The position numbers were made by a program, and so were the translations under genes. DNA of 45,647 nucleotides from Parasitella parasitica NRRL 2501. Its lineage: Eukaryota; Fungi; Mucoromycota. Of the stretch, positions 24,229 through 36,514 are shown one piece after another (position 1 is the first letter of the stretch; every line of letters begins with the position of its first letter). The notes below the pieces were generated by a model, which was given only the letters and a program-made list of their open reading frames with translations, did no database searches and was not told the origin of the DNA. Location of the stretch: NCBI GenBank assembly GCA_025201805.1, contig MU619255.1, forward strand, positions 21,512-67,158, read 5' to 3'.

Positions 24229-27200
24229 ATGGGGAATAATATCAGCTCAAATAAAAGCGAAGCATCACCATTCAAAAGATCTAGATATATTCAAGGTCAA
24301 ACAAAATTTTCAGCACCCTCAGCATCTGTAACATCTGTGTATGTGCCATCACCATCTTACACAACAACAACAGCAATTACTGATAAAGAGCAACAGGAAA
24401 ATATCAATTTCGTCACTGACAAAACTCAAATTTATGCACAATCAAGCAGGCTGGGGAAAAGACCACTGATGTCCAGCATAGAGACACCGACAACAAGTTC
24501 ATTGTTGCCAGTAATTTCAGAGAAGCAGCGCAAAGATCCAACCGCCACAATTTCTGAATCATCACTACCACCAGCATCCATGCAACACCTTGATAAACTA
24601 TCGCATAAGCGTCTAAAATCACAGCGAAACAGTCGACAAAGCAAAATGCGAGAGCGGTATAGTTCAACCATCTCAGCCAGCGGGTTCAGTAGTACAATCG
24701 GTGAACCTTTGCACTTCTCCATGATGGGAGATTCTAGTATTACAGACGTTACCAATGTGTCCAGTTTTTCAATTAATTCGTTCTTGGACAAAACAGGCGA
24801 AGACAATAATTATATCATGGCTATACCAGACACTGATTTCGAAGCCAACAAATCAAACTGGTCCACAGAAACGGCGTCAAATACGCAAGATATTCTAGAT
24901 CTACTCACTCAACATCCAGAAGCTGTTTATGACATCCTTACAAGCATCTTTGGTTCCGACAGGATGCGTTCTAATGCAGAATTGCAAAGAGAAGCGTTTC
25001 AAGCAGCCGAAACCTGGAGCCTAAGGCCTACTGATGTCTCTGCAAAGGTCATTGTTGCCTGTTGTAAACTCTGTGGCTGGGGAACAAGCAAAAATTCCAT
25101 AAAAGGGTTAAATGAAATTCAAGCTTTGGCGGAAAGGGGTGTTTGGGAGGCTTTCTACTATCTTGGTCAATGCTTTCATTATGGCGTGGAGCAATCCAGT
25201 GACGGCTATAACCTTTCAGGATGCCCCCTTTCAGCTCATATTATCCAACCTATCGATAGAGATCAAGCGATTTCTTGGTACCGCAAAGTGATAGAGACTT
25301 CCAGTCATATTTCCAGCGACCGTGTTCGATTCTATGTTGCTGAGGCTCAGTTCAGAATTGCTGCTATTAATTTTGCATCTGGAAATATCGACCTTTGCAA
25401 TGTAGATGAAAATGTTGATTATTTAAGGCAAAGTGCTGCAACTGGCAACAGGTAGCTGGACTTGGATGAATCTGTTGTTATATACACATATTAACACGCA
25501 AACTGTAATAGAAAATCTGAATTCTCTCTAGGGTTTCTGCTGGAAACATGTGTAATCCAGGATTCTACCTTTAATGCTAAAGATTACTATACCAAGAGTG
25601 CCAATAAAGGTTATGCCCCATCTCAAATTCAACTGGCACTTATCCTGCTAAGAGACAACTCACCAGAGGGAATTTCTTGGCTTAGTAAAGCTGCCCAACT
25701 GGTAAGATTAAAATGCACTACTGAAACAATTGCAACGCAGCATCTGACTTGCAGTCTCTGTTTCATGTCAAAATTATAGGGCGACCCTCGAGCGTTTTAT
25801 CACCTTGGTGAATGCTATGAATTTGGTAAAAGCGTCAAGTCTGATCCGGCTGCTGCTGTTCATAATTACCAGACTGCTGCCGATAGACATAGCCACCACA
25901 TGTCCGAGTTTCGACTTGGCATGCATTATTTATACGGTGGCCTTGATTTAGAAAAAGATGTTTTGAAGGCTTTCATTTATCTCGAACGCGCTGCTAAGGG
26001 TGGCTATCCAGAGGCTCAGTATTTACTGGGTATAATGTATCGTGATGGCAAAGCGCCTCTGTCTAGCACAAGAAGTGTGCGCCAGACATCTGCTGAGATC
26101 TCTAAAAACAAAAAAGAAGCCTTCCGTTGGATCAGAAAAGCTGCTAACCAGCGTATGCATGCTGCTATTACTCAAGTTGCCAGCTGCTATGAAGATGGTG
26201 TCGGCACTCCTGTCAATCTCTCATCTGCTACTGAATACTACGAAATTGCTACCAGTATTCCTGGAAAATACCTCCCTAGTGCTCAACTGACATATGCTCG
26301 GTTCTTGCACAAGAATGGCAAGTACGAAAGGGCGCTCAAAATGTATCTTTATGCCTCTGGTCTTAAGCGCTCTGCTCTCAACACACATGCTCCAAATAAC
26401 ACTATTGCTCGTACTGCTAAGCGGATGGTTGCCTTGCTGTATCTCGATGAAAAAGACCTAACAACTCCCTACAAGCCTAAAGAAGCATTTGAACTTTTGA
26501 CTGAACTTGCTTCGGCTCCCCAAGGTGATGCTGACGCCCATTACTGGATTGCTGTTTGTCACGAAGAAGGCATCTCTGGGCTGGTGGAGATTGATCTCCC
26601 CAAGGCTTATGAGCACTACGTAGCTGGTGCCAATTTGGGTTCCACTGATGCGCAATTTCAGGTATGTCAAAGTCTATAACACTATCTCTAGCAGCTTTTT
26701 GTTCTAAATCAATCTTTGCACGTATTTACATATAGGTTGGACACATGCTTTGCAAAGGCATTGGTGTCAAAGAAGATCGACTTGCTGCCTTCAACTGGTT
26801 TCAGAAAGCTGCTGAAAAAATCAATGCCAAGGCTTTTTATTATATTGGCATCTATTACTATAACGGCAGTGGCACCATCGGAAAAGACCACCAACAGGCG
26901 CGTATCTACTTTAAGCAATCTGCTGAATTGGGTCATGTAGAGGCGATGGTATCATTTGCTCAAATCTGCCAAGAGAAGCTCAAAGAAGATGCCTCATCTC
27001 TGAGCAGTACCGAAATCGATTCGCTCCAATCCGAATCTGTAAGATGGTATACCAAGGCTGCCAAGCAAAATCATACTGCCGCTTTGCGCGAGCTAGGTCG
27101 ACTCTATGCCGCTAAAGGTGATGACAAGACCTCTGCAGACTGCTACCTTAAAGCTTCAAATCTCAACGATGCGCTGGCAACTCTTTTTTTGGGCGGATAC

Positions 27201-30200
27201 TATGAAAATGGGCAAGGCGTAACGCAGAACAAACAAACAGCACTTGCATACTATAGCAAAGCCATTGAACTTGGCCAGCCTACGTAAGTGTATAGCGTCT
27301 AGTTTTAGCAGTGCACAGAACTTACATGTTGTACAGAGCTTTATTTGCTATTGCCGAACTGTACGAAAAACTCCATGAACATGAAAAAGCCTACAGTTAC
27401 TATCAACGCATCTCTGTTGACTCTAGAATATCCAAAAACTATAGATCTAGCAAAGTGTCTCGTCTCAAAATGGCTTTGTACAGCTTGAATTATGACCCAA
27501 ACACGCTCCTTTCTGAAAAGCCCAACGTCAACACTAGGATCCTCATCCCATCCGGCTTATTGCTACCTAGAACAGAAGCATTTCAAATCTTGTACAATCT
27601 TGCACAGGACGAAAACTTGACTGATGCGTACAACTGGATTGGTAAGCTATTCAATATATATACATGGATGCAATTTGCATGACTAACAGGCTACGTCTAG
27701 CTGAGTGTTACCAAGATGGCAATGGCACCGCTCGAAACAACACATTGTCTATTCATTGGAGAACCAAAGCATCTCAAGAAGCAAACGACATCCAAGCAAC
27801 AACAAAGCTAGCATCCATGTACGAACATGGCATTGGTGGCGTTGAAAAGAATCTCGTCTACTCTTACCAGTTGTATCAAAAGTGCGCAGACAAGAACAAC
27901 GTCCTCAGTCAGCATAAACTAGGTTAGTCGCAAACCTCCTTTTTATATTCATATCACATATACCACTATCTCCATCTCCTTCATCAATATGTATCATATT
28001 CTTAACTCCAACTACCTTCCCTCTTATATATATTTTATAAATATACTGTGCAATGTATACACTACGGCACTCTTATGCTTTATCCCCCTCCCCCCCCCCT
28101 ATATATGTTATAACATCTTACTAAATGTATCTTTTCTTATCTATCACTTGTGCAAAATTTGCAACCTTATCCTACAACCCAAATAAACAAAACCATATTA
28201 AACTGTGTAAAACGTGGCCAAAAAAAAAAAAAAAAAAAAAAAAGTGGAAAAACGGGGAAAAAAAAAAAAAAAAAAAAAAAATAGGAATGTTGTTTTGGCG
28301 CGGAAAGGGAATCATTTCTATCAATCTGGGCATGGCTGTCATTTGGTTTACTCGATCTGCTCGTCAAGGTTATGCTCCTAGCCACTGGGCTCTTGGTCAG
28401 ATTGCACTGGAAAATGGCGATTTGCATATTGCCATTGCCTGGTGGGAAACGGCGACGAAGCTCAACACAAACACAAGACAAGACCCCATCAATGTGGACC
28501 ACTTGCTGACAACGACGTGCGATTCAGAGGCACTGATTATTTTGGGAAAGATCATCCAAAGCCAAAAGGAATCTGTACTGTATAATGCAGCCAGCAGTGG
28601 CAGTTGTGAAACAAGTTCGGTTGCTTCTGGTAAAAGCCATCTCGGTTCGGTGCATTCAAGAGACGAGGCAGAATTGTTTTCCCGTGCTCAGCAAGAGAAC
28701 CATGGACTAGCCCTGCGATGTTTTGGCCAAGCTGCATCTATGGGCAATGTGGAAGGCATGTACCTTACTGCACAGGCATGGCACAAAGATAAAGATTATC
28801 CCATGGCATTAGAGAATTATGAAAAGGCTGCAGCTCATGGTCATTTGCCTTCGCGCATTATGTGTGCGACATACCAAATATACGGCCTCGGTGGTAAAGA
28901 AACTAACGCGCATGCTGGATTTAATGTAAGGGCTAGACGTTGAAATTTAACTAATTTTGTATAATAATGTTATATTTAGGAATTGCTGGACTGCGCTATG
29001 CATGATCCTGATGCATACCTGTACCTGGGAAGGTGCTGTGAACGTGGTTTAGGCACATTTATAGACGTTTCCAAGGCGCTGGAATGGTACCATCTATCTA
29101 TCGATAAAAAAGACGACTCTGAAGCCATGTTCAGAGTGGGCCAAATTCATGCTACTGCCGCCGCTTCATCGGAATCTTCACCACAGAGGGACATGGACGC
29201 CGTGTATTGGTATCGACGTGCAATTAGTAAAGATAACCATCCACGTGCAAACTTTCGCATTGCATTTTACTATATCCATGGAATTCAACAAAGAGAAGAT
29301 CCTTCGTACCTCCTTGAGCCTGATTTAGAAATCGCAGTTCATCATCTACGTGCTGCTGCCAACCAAGATGATCAAGATGCCATGTTTGAATTTGGCCAAT
29401 TGTTACTGAGTGTCAAAGATAACCGCTGCACCTCTAATTTCTCTATGGAGCTGCAATCAGAAGGCCTGCGTTGGTATGAAGTTGCTGCCGATAGAGGTTC
29501 TCGCGATGCTCTTAGAGAGCTTGGTAATTTATATCATACAGGGCGTGGCGATGAAGAACTTGAAAATGAAATATTGGCGATCCAGCAAGACTTTGAAAAG
29601 GCGTACGATTACTTTAGTCGTGGTGCTCATTTAGGTGACAAAACATCTGCGTTGTTCTTAGGAACCTATCATGAACATGGAATTGGCGTAGCGCCCAGTA
29701 TTGATTTGGCTCAACAATGGTATACCGTAGCAGTAGAACTTGGTACGACTTTTACAACCACAACAGAAGATTTGCCACTACATGACTCCTCTGGATGGTG
29801 GCCTGCTCAGCTTTGCCTAGCTCGTGTTTTACATCAAAATGAGGAAACGCAAAGCGAGGCTCATCGGCTATTCTCAACCATCTACCACGCCCACAAGCCA
29901 GAGCAACATCTAGCGTATCTAGAATTCATGTTGGCACAATACGAATTATATGGTCTAGGTGGTGTACCAGTTCAAGCGTCAGAAGCCATGACCAAGCTCT
30001 TAAATTTGGCTGAGCAAGGTTACTTGAAAGCGTTCTTTCCTGTTGCACAATGCTATCAAAATGGCATTGGCGTTGAGAAAAATCCTCTAAAAGCACTCGA
30101 ATGGTACGTTCTGTTAGTACACAATCCCGTTGTCGCAGTAGATCAGGATTCAATGGACGAAGATGATCTTGATGATCTTTCGCAAGCTTATTTCCAACTG

Positions 30201-30398
30201 GCTGAATTTTATCGTCAGGGAACCGTGGTTGCCATAGATACCGACAAGGCCGATACGTTGTATAAAATTGCTGCTGAGCGAGGTATGTCTGTCATACTAT
30301 GAGTTTGTGTTGTTTATGTCATATTGACCTACATCTCCTTGAAAATTACAGGTTCAACTGAAGCTAAAGAGTATCTGTCATTGATAGAGGACAATTAA
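24229..30398 (+). CDS. Very large Sel1-like repeat (HCP-like) protein, about 1,780-1,800 aa, 9 exons
   Basis: Many Sel1 units, e.g. AFYYLGQCFHYG, AQYLLGIMYRDG, YEDGVGTPVN, LGGYYENGQGVTQNKQTALAYYSKA and CYQNGIGVEKNPLKALEWY. The ORFs join through canonical GT-AG introns. The low-complexity N-terminus begins MGNNIS. Confidence 0.9.
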
Positions 30399-31050
30399 AG
30401 TCATTTATATCGCATTCGTTACTATAAAATAGCACACAAGATATTCATTGTCAAATATCCATTTTATGATAAGGAGAGACAACAGCTATAAGGATTTGAG
30501 GCTGTGTATTTTTTTTTTTTTTTTTGTTTTCAAATGAATATATATACGTATTCAACAATGTGTTACGAGATGATAGTAAGAAATCTTACTACTTTTGACA
30601 TCATTTTTTGATGGGGAAGCAATTCTTTCAAGTACAGTTTTGGATTTGTTTGTTACTCAGATATTTTGAAATGTTTATTTTTATAATTATTCCAACATCT
30701 CGTACTGTACACGATATAATGGCTGAAATGACGAGTGCGTGGTACCAGAGGCCCTTTCTCCCCTCTTTTATTCAAGTTGAAAGTTGCACAAAAAAAAAGA
30801 ACAGAGCTGTTTAAATATAGATTTTTGATGTAAAAATTCATTTTACAGCTTTGCATGGCGTCTATGTTTGTAATCAAAAACGGGGCACACAAAGAGCGAA
30901 GCATTTTCGGGGTGGAGCGGTATTGTAACGAATGTGTTGTAAATATATTTATCAAGATCAATTTTTATGGGCTCCGTAATAGAAAGATATAAAAGGGTGC
31001 GATAAAATTTTGCTCTTTCTCCCCTATCCATTTCAAAATAGCATAACAAT

Positions 31051-31914
31051 ATGAAAAATAGCATTCGTAATCTCTTTGGCCTAAAGAAAAGGTCATCTAA
31101 ATCAAATGTCAATACATTAAATCAAGTTTATTCGCCCAGTTCATCTGTATCTTCATTTTCGTCAGAGGCTTCCAGTGAGTCATCACAACCTCAAACACCC
31201 ACAGGCACGTCAATGCAGGAAAACCGTGGTATTTTCCGTACATTGGAGCCTGTGTGGTACTTTCATTCAAGATTACTATCAAATCAACAGCAGCAAGAAT
31301 GGATTGGATTTGATGATCATTCTCAATTCTATCTTGAAAGCTCTTTTCACTCAAAGCCTGAATGCAGCCTCAGTCAATCACAACTTGGCCCATGCACTGT
31401 CTTGTTCAAACCTCTTCCTCCTTTAATCAAGCAGCAGCATCCAAAATCAAGACATAGTATGATGGTTGTAGGCTCCCAGCATGCTTCAATGCCTTCTCTC
31501 AGTCGCCCCGCTAATACCAATGTTTTGACATTAGAGTTGAACAAAAATGTGCGTCGTACTATATCTCCCGTCTGGTGGTATGAACAAGACTTGGCAGATG
31601 GCTCAAAGGGTATGTGTAGGTTTGATTACAGAAACCAAGTAAGGCTCGAGGCTTTATCAGAAGGCCGTACAAGACTGGTGTTGACTGATGATGCATTCAA
31701 TGTGCCATTTACTGTTGTACTGGAGTCCCCCAAACAGCGTGATTCGAAGGAGGAAGTGCGCGGATTCTTGTATCTGGAACCAGTGTCCACTGCTTTCCAC
31801 TTGGCCTACAATGCTACCTTAACCAGCGGTCAGAAAATGGAACAATTTCAAATGGAAGATGCAGCTTATATTGGCGATGAAAACATGAGTCTCTCTCGCC
31901 GATTTTCTATTTAA
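31051..31914 (+). CDS. Hypothetical protein (287 aa) with two WWE-like segments
   Basis: Intact intronless ORF with upstream TATAAAA. The segments PVWYF...EWIGFDDHSQFYLESSF and PVWWYE...MCRFDYRNQVRLEAL resemble the WWE pattern. Domain call is by eye. Confidence 0.7.
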   Translation: MKNSIRNLFGLKKRSSKSNVNTLNQVYSPSSSVSSFSSEASSESSQPQTPTGTSMQENRGIFRTLEPVWYFHSRLLSNQQQQEWIGFDDHSQFYLESSFHSKPECSLSQSQLGPCTVLFKPLPPLIKQQHPKSRHSMMVVGSQHASMPSLSRPANTNVLTLELNKNVRRTISPVWWYEQDLADGSKGMCRFDYRNQVRLEALSEGRTRLVLTDDAFNVPFTVVLESPKQRDSKEEVRGFLYLEPVSTAFHLAYNATLTSGQKMEQFQMEDAAYIGDENMSLSRRFSI

Positions 31915-33006
31915 ATCTTTACTTTTATCAGCATATATTCTTCAACATCCATTGTATTCACTATCTCTTGGCATTCAACCCCCTTCATTAATTATAACCT
32001 GTAACTCTCCTGATGTCGCTCTTAGATCCACAAGCTACTGTATGTACATATTATCCTTTGAAATAAAAAAGAGACTATGATATAGTTATTTCCTCAACAT
32101 GACTACATCTGTAATACTTGGTCTACTGTGTTTTAACCATCTCTTTTGTATCAGTTTATAATTATAGAAGCAAGATTGTTGGTGTCACATTGTTGGCAGT
32201 GGTACAGCTACCACGTCTTCCTTGGCTTCGACACAGCTCACTGGGACCCATTCCAAGGTTATTTGGCGTTTTTTTTTTTTTTTTTTTTTTTTTTGTTGGG
32301 GAACTCATAGAAGCAAGCACATACTTTAATGCGCCAGAAATTTTAGAATATTGTTGCTCTCGGGTATCCTTGGTTTATTTATACAAACGCACCTGTGTTC
32401 TAAAGACGCATTGAGGAATGCGTGTGTATAGATGCATCCCTTATTCCTCGATAAATGTCTCTATATTGACTATGTTCTGATTTTAGAAACCAATATTCAA
32501 TTAATTGCATTCTGCTGTGATATGTGTAAAAAAAATAAGTGATTATATAATATACAATTATGCCAATTGAAGCATTTTTTTCGTGTATAGATCGAACATT
32601 TATAGATCTACTGCTCCGGTTAAATCCGTTTACAGAAATCTCGGGCCATTATTTTTACATTTGCAGCGGGATCGATTTCAGCCGAAAGTAAATGATGACA
32701 TTTATGTAATACAAATCCTTTTTTTTTTTTTTAACATGGATTGAACCAAATGCAAAAGTCTCAGAACCAAACTAGATAAGCATTTTTTCTTTCAAACAGC
32801 TAGCCTTGCCAACGAATGGCGCGATTCTTGATTCGGCTTGGATTGGTAACCGAGGTTGGAAGAAGAAGGGGGGGGGCAGTAATCTTCAATTAATAAAATC
32901 GTCAGAGGGATAATATGAATAAAGATAAATTTGGGTAGATTAAAAGCTGAAATTGGTCGAAATTATGCCAATGTGTCTTTCTCCACTGCTTTGTGTTAGC
33001 TTTGCT

Positions 33007-33041
33007 TGTAAAATGTAAAATGTAAAATGTAAAATGTAAAA
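33007..33041. repeat. (TGTAAAA)5 tandem repeat
   Basis: Five perfect 7-bp units just downstream of the esterase stop codon. Confidence 0.9.
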
Positions 33042-33095
33042 TTTCAATGTATTTTATAATGTAATATGTGATAAATAAATGGCAATAGAAGGGAT

Positions 33096-34057
33096 TCAAA
33101 CATGTTTGATATCATGTTTATGGTGCTCTTCCTTCAAACACTTTTCATAAGCTGCCGAAACGTCGTCCATGCGCTGCTTGATACTCGGTCTAGCTAATCT
33201 AGTTTCCCAATCCTTCCATTCTTTCCGGGTGAAGTCTTTGAGGAATTGCTTTGTGATATCCGTCGTTTTACCTAGCGGATTAATATTACGGACCGTCAAT
33301 GCTCTGTCAGTGACATAGCTTGTCTTGCCCTCTTTATCATTCAAATTATCAATGGCTGCAGGCGAATCGGTCACATCCCTCACAAATGCTGCTAAATTCT
33401 TAATTGCGCGCGAAACTGACTTGTTGGAAAACAAAAGCTGAAACACATGCGGCTGATCAGTGTACGTTTCTAATGTAACATGTGTTAGCTCTCCCAATGC
33501 TGCTGTATCTCTGTTGGCTCCAGGAAAACTGTTGGATGCTTGCAGGGCTGTATAAACCGACTCGTCGCGTAATCTCTCTGCTGTACCGCATTGCTAAAAT
33601 AACATTGTTAATGTCGTTTTCAATTTTTTTTTTTCAAATAGTGTAACATGTCGTACCACTAGTAGCCGAGGAAGTCCTCTCAGGTTTCCTCTGTCAAAAA
33701 TGGGGCTCACCATGGGGAGCTTGAGCGCATCATTGCATGCATAAAATTGGACCCGATATATGTCTGTGCCGTCGATGCTTGGGACTGGAACACACTCTCC
33801 AAATGGCCCGATCGAAGTTCTGCCGCCAGTGTCCGAAATGTCGCTCTCAGCAGTAGGCATTGCTAAATTTCCATGGTCATCACGTGCTGCTTCAGCCTCA
33901 GCCTTTGCTTGTGCAAGAACTTGTGCGTCTTCTTCTTTGAAAGGTAATTGAGCGTAATCTAAAGCAGGCGAAGGCGCATGTTTGAAACCTGTTGGTGGAA
34001 GGTAGTCTGTCATAATATTGGTCAAAATCGACGGCAGTGAATGGGTCAAATCCATCC

Positions 34058-34088
<31 letters not shown>

Positions 34089-35260
34089 GTTGTCAGTCAA
34101 TCAGTCAGTCAATCAATCAGTCAGTCAGTCAATCCAGCAACCCTTAAATACACTGTACCATGGAGACAAAGCCATTGCACCGCCTGGAGCTGGGAGCCCA
34201 GCGTCACGAATTACCATCAACGTTGCAAACGTCAAACCGCCACCTGCGCTATCGCCGGCAATGACAATCTTTTTTGGGTCAATAGGCTGCGTATCTTCGT
34301 CTTTGGGCGGATCAATCAAATACAAGTATGTGGCTAATGCGTCTTCCACGGCAGCAGGAAATGGATGCTGTGGTGCCAACCTGTAGTCAATGGCACAGGT
34401 TCTCGCTTTGGAATACTAAAGCATGAACATGAATATTCCAACACAAGAGCAAACGCCCGTCCCCTTTTCCTTTTTGCTTACCTTGACCAGCCTCGCGAGA
34501 AACTGCCTGTAAATGCCATAGCAGCCGAGGTAGTAGGCGCCACCGTGTAAATATAACACTGTGCTTTCCTTGCAAGGATCTAGCGGGTTTCCCTTTGACT
34601 GGAGCCATTCACCCTTGATTGGAGGTGCTGTTTCACGATCTCTTTGCCAATCCCAGCCAACACGGCGCTGATCTTTCTTGCTCAAAAGTGGCGCGATCAG
34701 ATCGCCTGCCCTCTTTCTATATTCGTCGGGCACAACAAATTTCCTGCGTTTCACGTTGGAGGGGATTGGCAACTTTTTGGTAGTGCTCAGCTTTTGGACG
34801 TCTTCCACTGTGATTTTGCTAGAGCGGGCGAGGAAATCTCGGATGACTGCAATGGTGATGTCTGAGGAAAGAGACCAAGATTTGGCTGGAGGACCTATGA
34901 CAATGTACGGTATTAGCATGAAAATCCCTTTCGTGTTACATGCAAAAAAAAAAAAAAAAAGAAAAAGGCACCTTTGGCAAAATGGCGGTACATTGTCGAT
35001 GCAATCACTGGCATGGGTGGGATTAAATGTGTCCACAAGAGAGTGTTAGCCATAAGTGAGCTGTCGCTGCTTGCTCGTGTTGGCGCTGTCTTTGCTCTTG
35101 CTGACTTGTCGGGAACTTCATCGCTCAACTTTGACGATGTTGTGGAACTGATAGAGACTGACGACATGGTTCGCCGCCCCATTGAAAACACAAATTTTCG
35201 GGCATCATTCACATGGTTTTCGGCTACGTTGGCCATATTCTTCACGCTTTGGGGGATCAT
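33096..35260 (-). CDS. Alpha/beta hydrolase fold-3 (HSL-family lipase/esterase), multi-exon
   Basis: Oxyanion motif LHGGAY, DYRLAPQHPFPAAVED, nucleophile elbow GDSAGG, SPW-MDLT, ERLRDES and catalytic His in QPHVFQ. Canonical introns. Confidence 0.93.
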
Positions 35261-35598
35261 CTAGTATCAAATAAGCAAAGTGCTAAAGTGAAAGGAAGAA
35301 GGAAAGAAAAATAGTTTGGAAAGTTCAATTTTTTTTATTGACCCACCAGTAGTCTTGACAACACCGGTAAAACTTGTCCCGATCAAGAGTTGCTGGTTAC
35401 TTGTGTCCTTGCATCTAAACCGCGTTAGAAGGGTCCCGGGGTCTATGAGTTCCATGCCCATATTTGCATACTATGATGAGGGTGGTGGCCATGCAATCCA
35501 AGGGGTGTGCTGGAGAGGAGAGAATAAGGAGGGGGTTTCAAAATCTGAGAAACCAGATCCATGAAGAAACAGCCTGCTCTTTTTTTTTTTTTTTTTTT

Positions 35599-35638
35599 NN
35601 NNNNNNNNNNNNNNNNNNNNNNNNNNNNNNNNNNNNNN
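35599..35638. other. Assembly gap (40 N)
   Basis: Run of N after a poly-T tract. Confidence 1.
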
Positions 35639-35675
35639 AATTCTTGACATTTAAATCAGTCAGTCTCAATTACAA

Positions 35676-36125
35676 ATGACAGAGCCTTCAAATGCTGGCA
35701 TCATCCAGGTTGGGGAGGAGCGCTGGATCCCTGGATCTCAACGTGCAGATGGCTCTTACCGTAAAGAGCGCAAAGTGAGACCTGGCTTTGTCCCAATGGA
35801 AGACGTAGAACGTTATTCAAACAGTCGTATCGAGGCTAGCAAAACGGCTCCACTCCCTCCAGGCGCAAAAAAAGCAACCATTCCAGGCGCAAAGAAGAAG
35901 GAAGTGAAAGACCCCAAGACTGCTGCTGCTGTGAAAAATCAAACACCCCCCGCAGTCGATCAAACAGACGAAAAAAAGATCAAAGCCCTGAAAAAGAAAT
36001 TGAGACAAATTGCAGAACTTGAACAAAAATTAATCAAAGGCGAAAAGTTGAATGAGGAACAGAATGCCAAGGTTAAAAAAGGGACATCGCTACGAGAAGA
36101 ATTAGCAAGGTTATCTATAGAATGA
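35676..36125 (+). CDS. PYM1: Partner of Y14 and Mago (PYM/Wibg), exon-junction-complex disassembly factor
   Basis: N-terminal Mago-binding motif IPGSQRADGSYRKERKVRPGFVPMEDVERY and C-terminal KKIKALKKKLRQIAELEQK...LNEEQNAKV. Confidence 0.92.
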   Translation: MTEPSNAGIIQVGEERWIPGSQRADGSYRKERKVRPGFVPMEDVERYSNSRIEASKTAPLPPGAKKATIPGAKKKEVKDPKTAAAVKNQTPPAVDQTDEKKIKALKKKLRQIAELEQKLIKGEKLNEEQNAKVKKGTSLREELARLSIE

Positions 36126-36514
36126 TTTTAATAAACACAATATTCTCGAGCATTTCCGAGCGTGCTTGCGGTGAGTGCTCAAGCCTATCGGATGGAATTT
36201 GCTCACACCAAATTGATCCTGTAACGCACGGCTTTATCCAATTGTTTTCAAGAACTGGAGCTTTCTTGAAAATATTCTGACGTGTAAAACTTTGAGAAAT
36301 GCATCGCCCAGTAACCATGTGTGTATGGATTACCAACCATCTGCATCGATGGCTAACATCAAGCTGAGGAAATCGTTTTTACAAACACACATGACTAAAC
36401 CAAATCTTTTTGTACACGAATGATTGTGTTGCTTTTATTGTGGTTATGACTGCAAAGAGGTTACAGTATATATTTGTATATGTATATATTTATATACAAA
36501 TTTCGACATGGTGC

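Noticed and set aside
28125-28284. Poly-Lys coding stretch at the start of ORF 28125..28943 (and the similar MTDNKKKK in 33594..34100)
   Set aside because: These are intronic A runs ahead of AG acceptors, not protein.
32100-32480. Small gene or two-hairpin ncRNA (GTGGTA/TACCAC, CCTTGG/CCAAGG stems)
   Set aside because: The stems are only 6 bp, there are no snoRNA boxes I can defend, and there is no convincing ORF.
33007-33041. Array of Puf-binding UGUA elements in the esterase 3' UTR
   Set aside because: UGUA is on the non-transcribed strand for that gene, so simple tandem slippage is sufficient.
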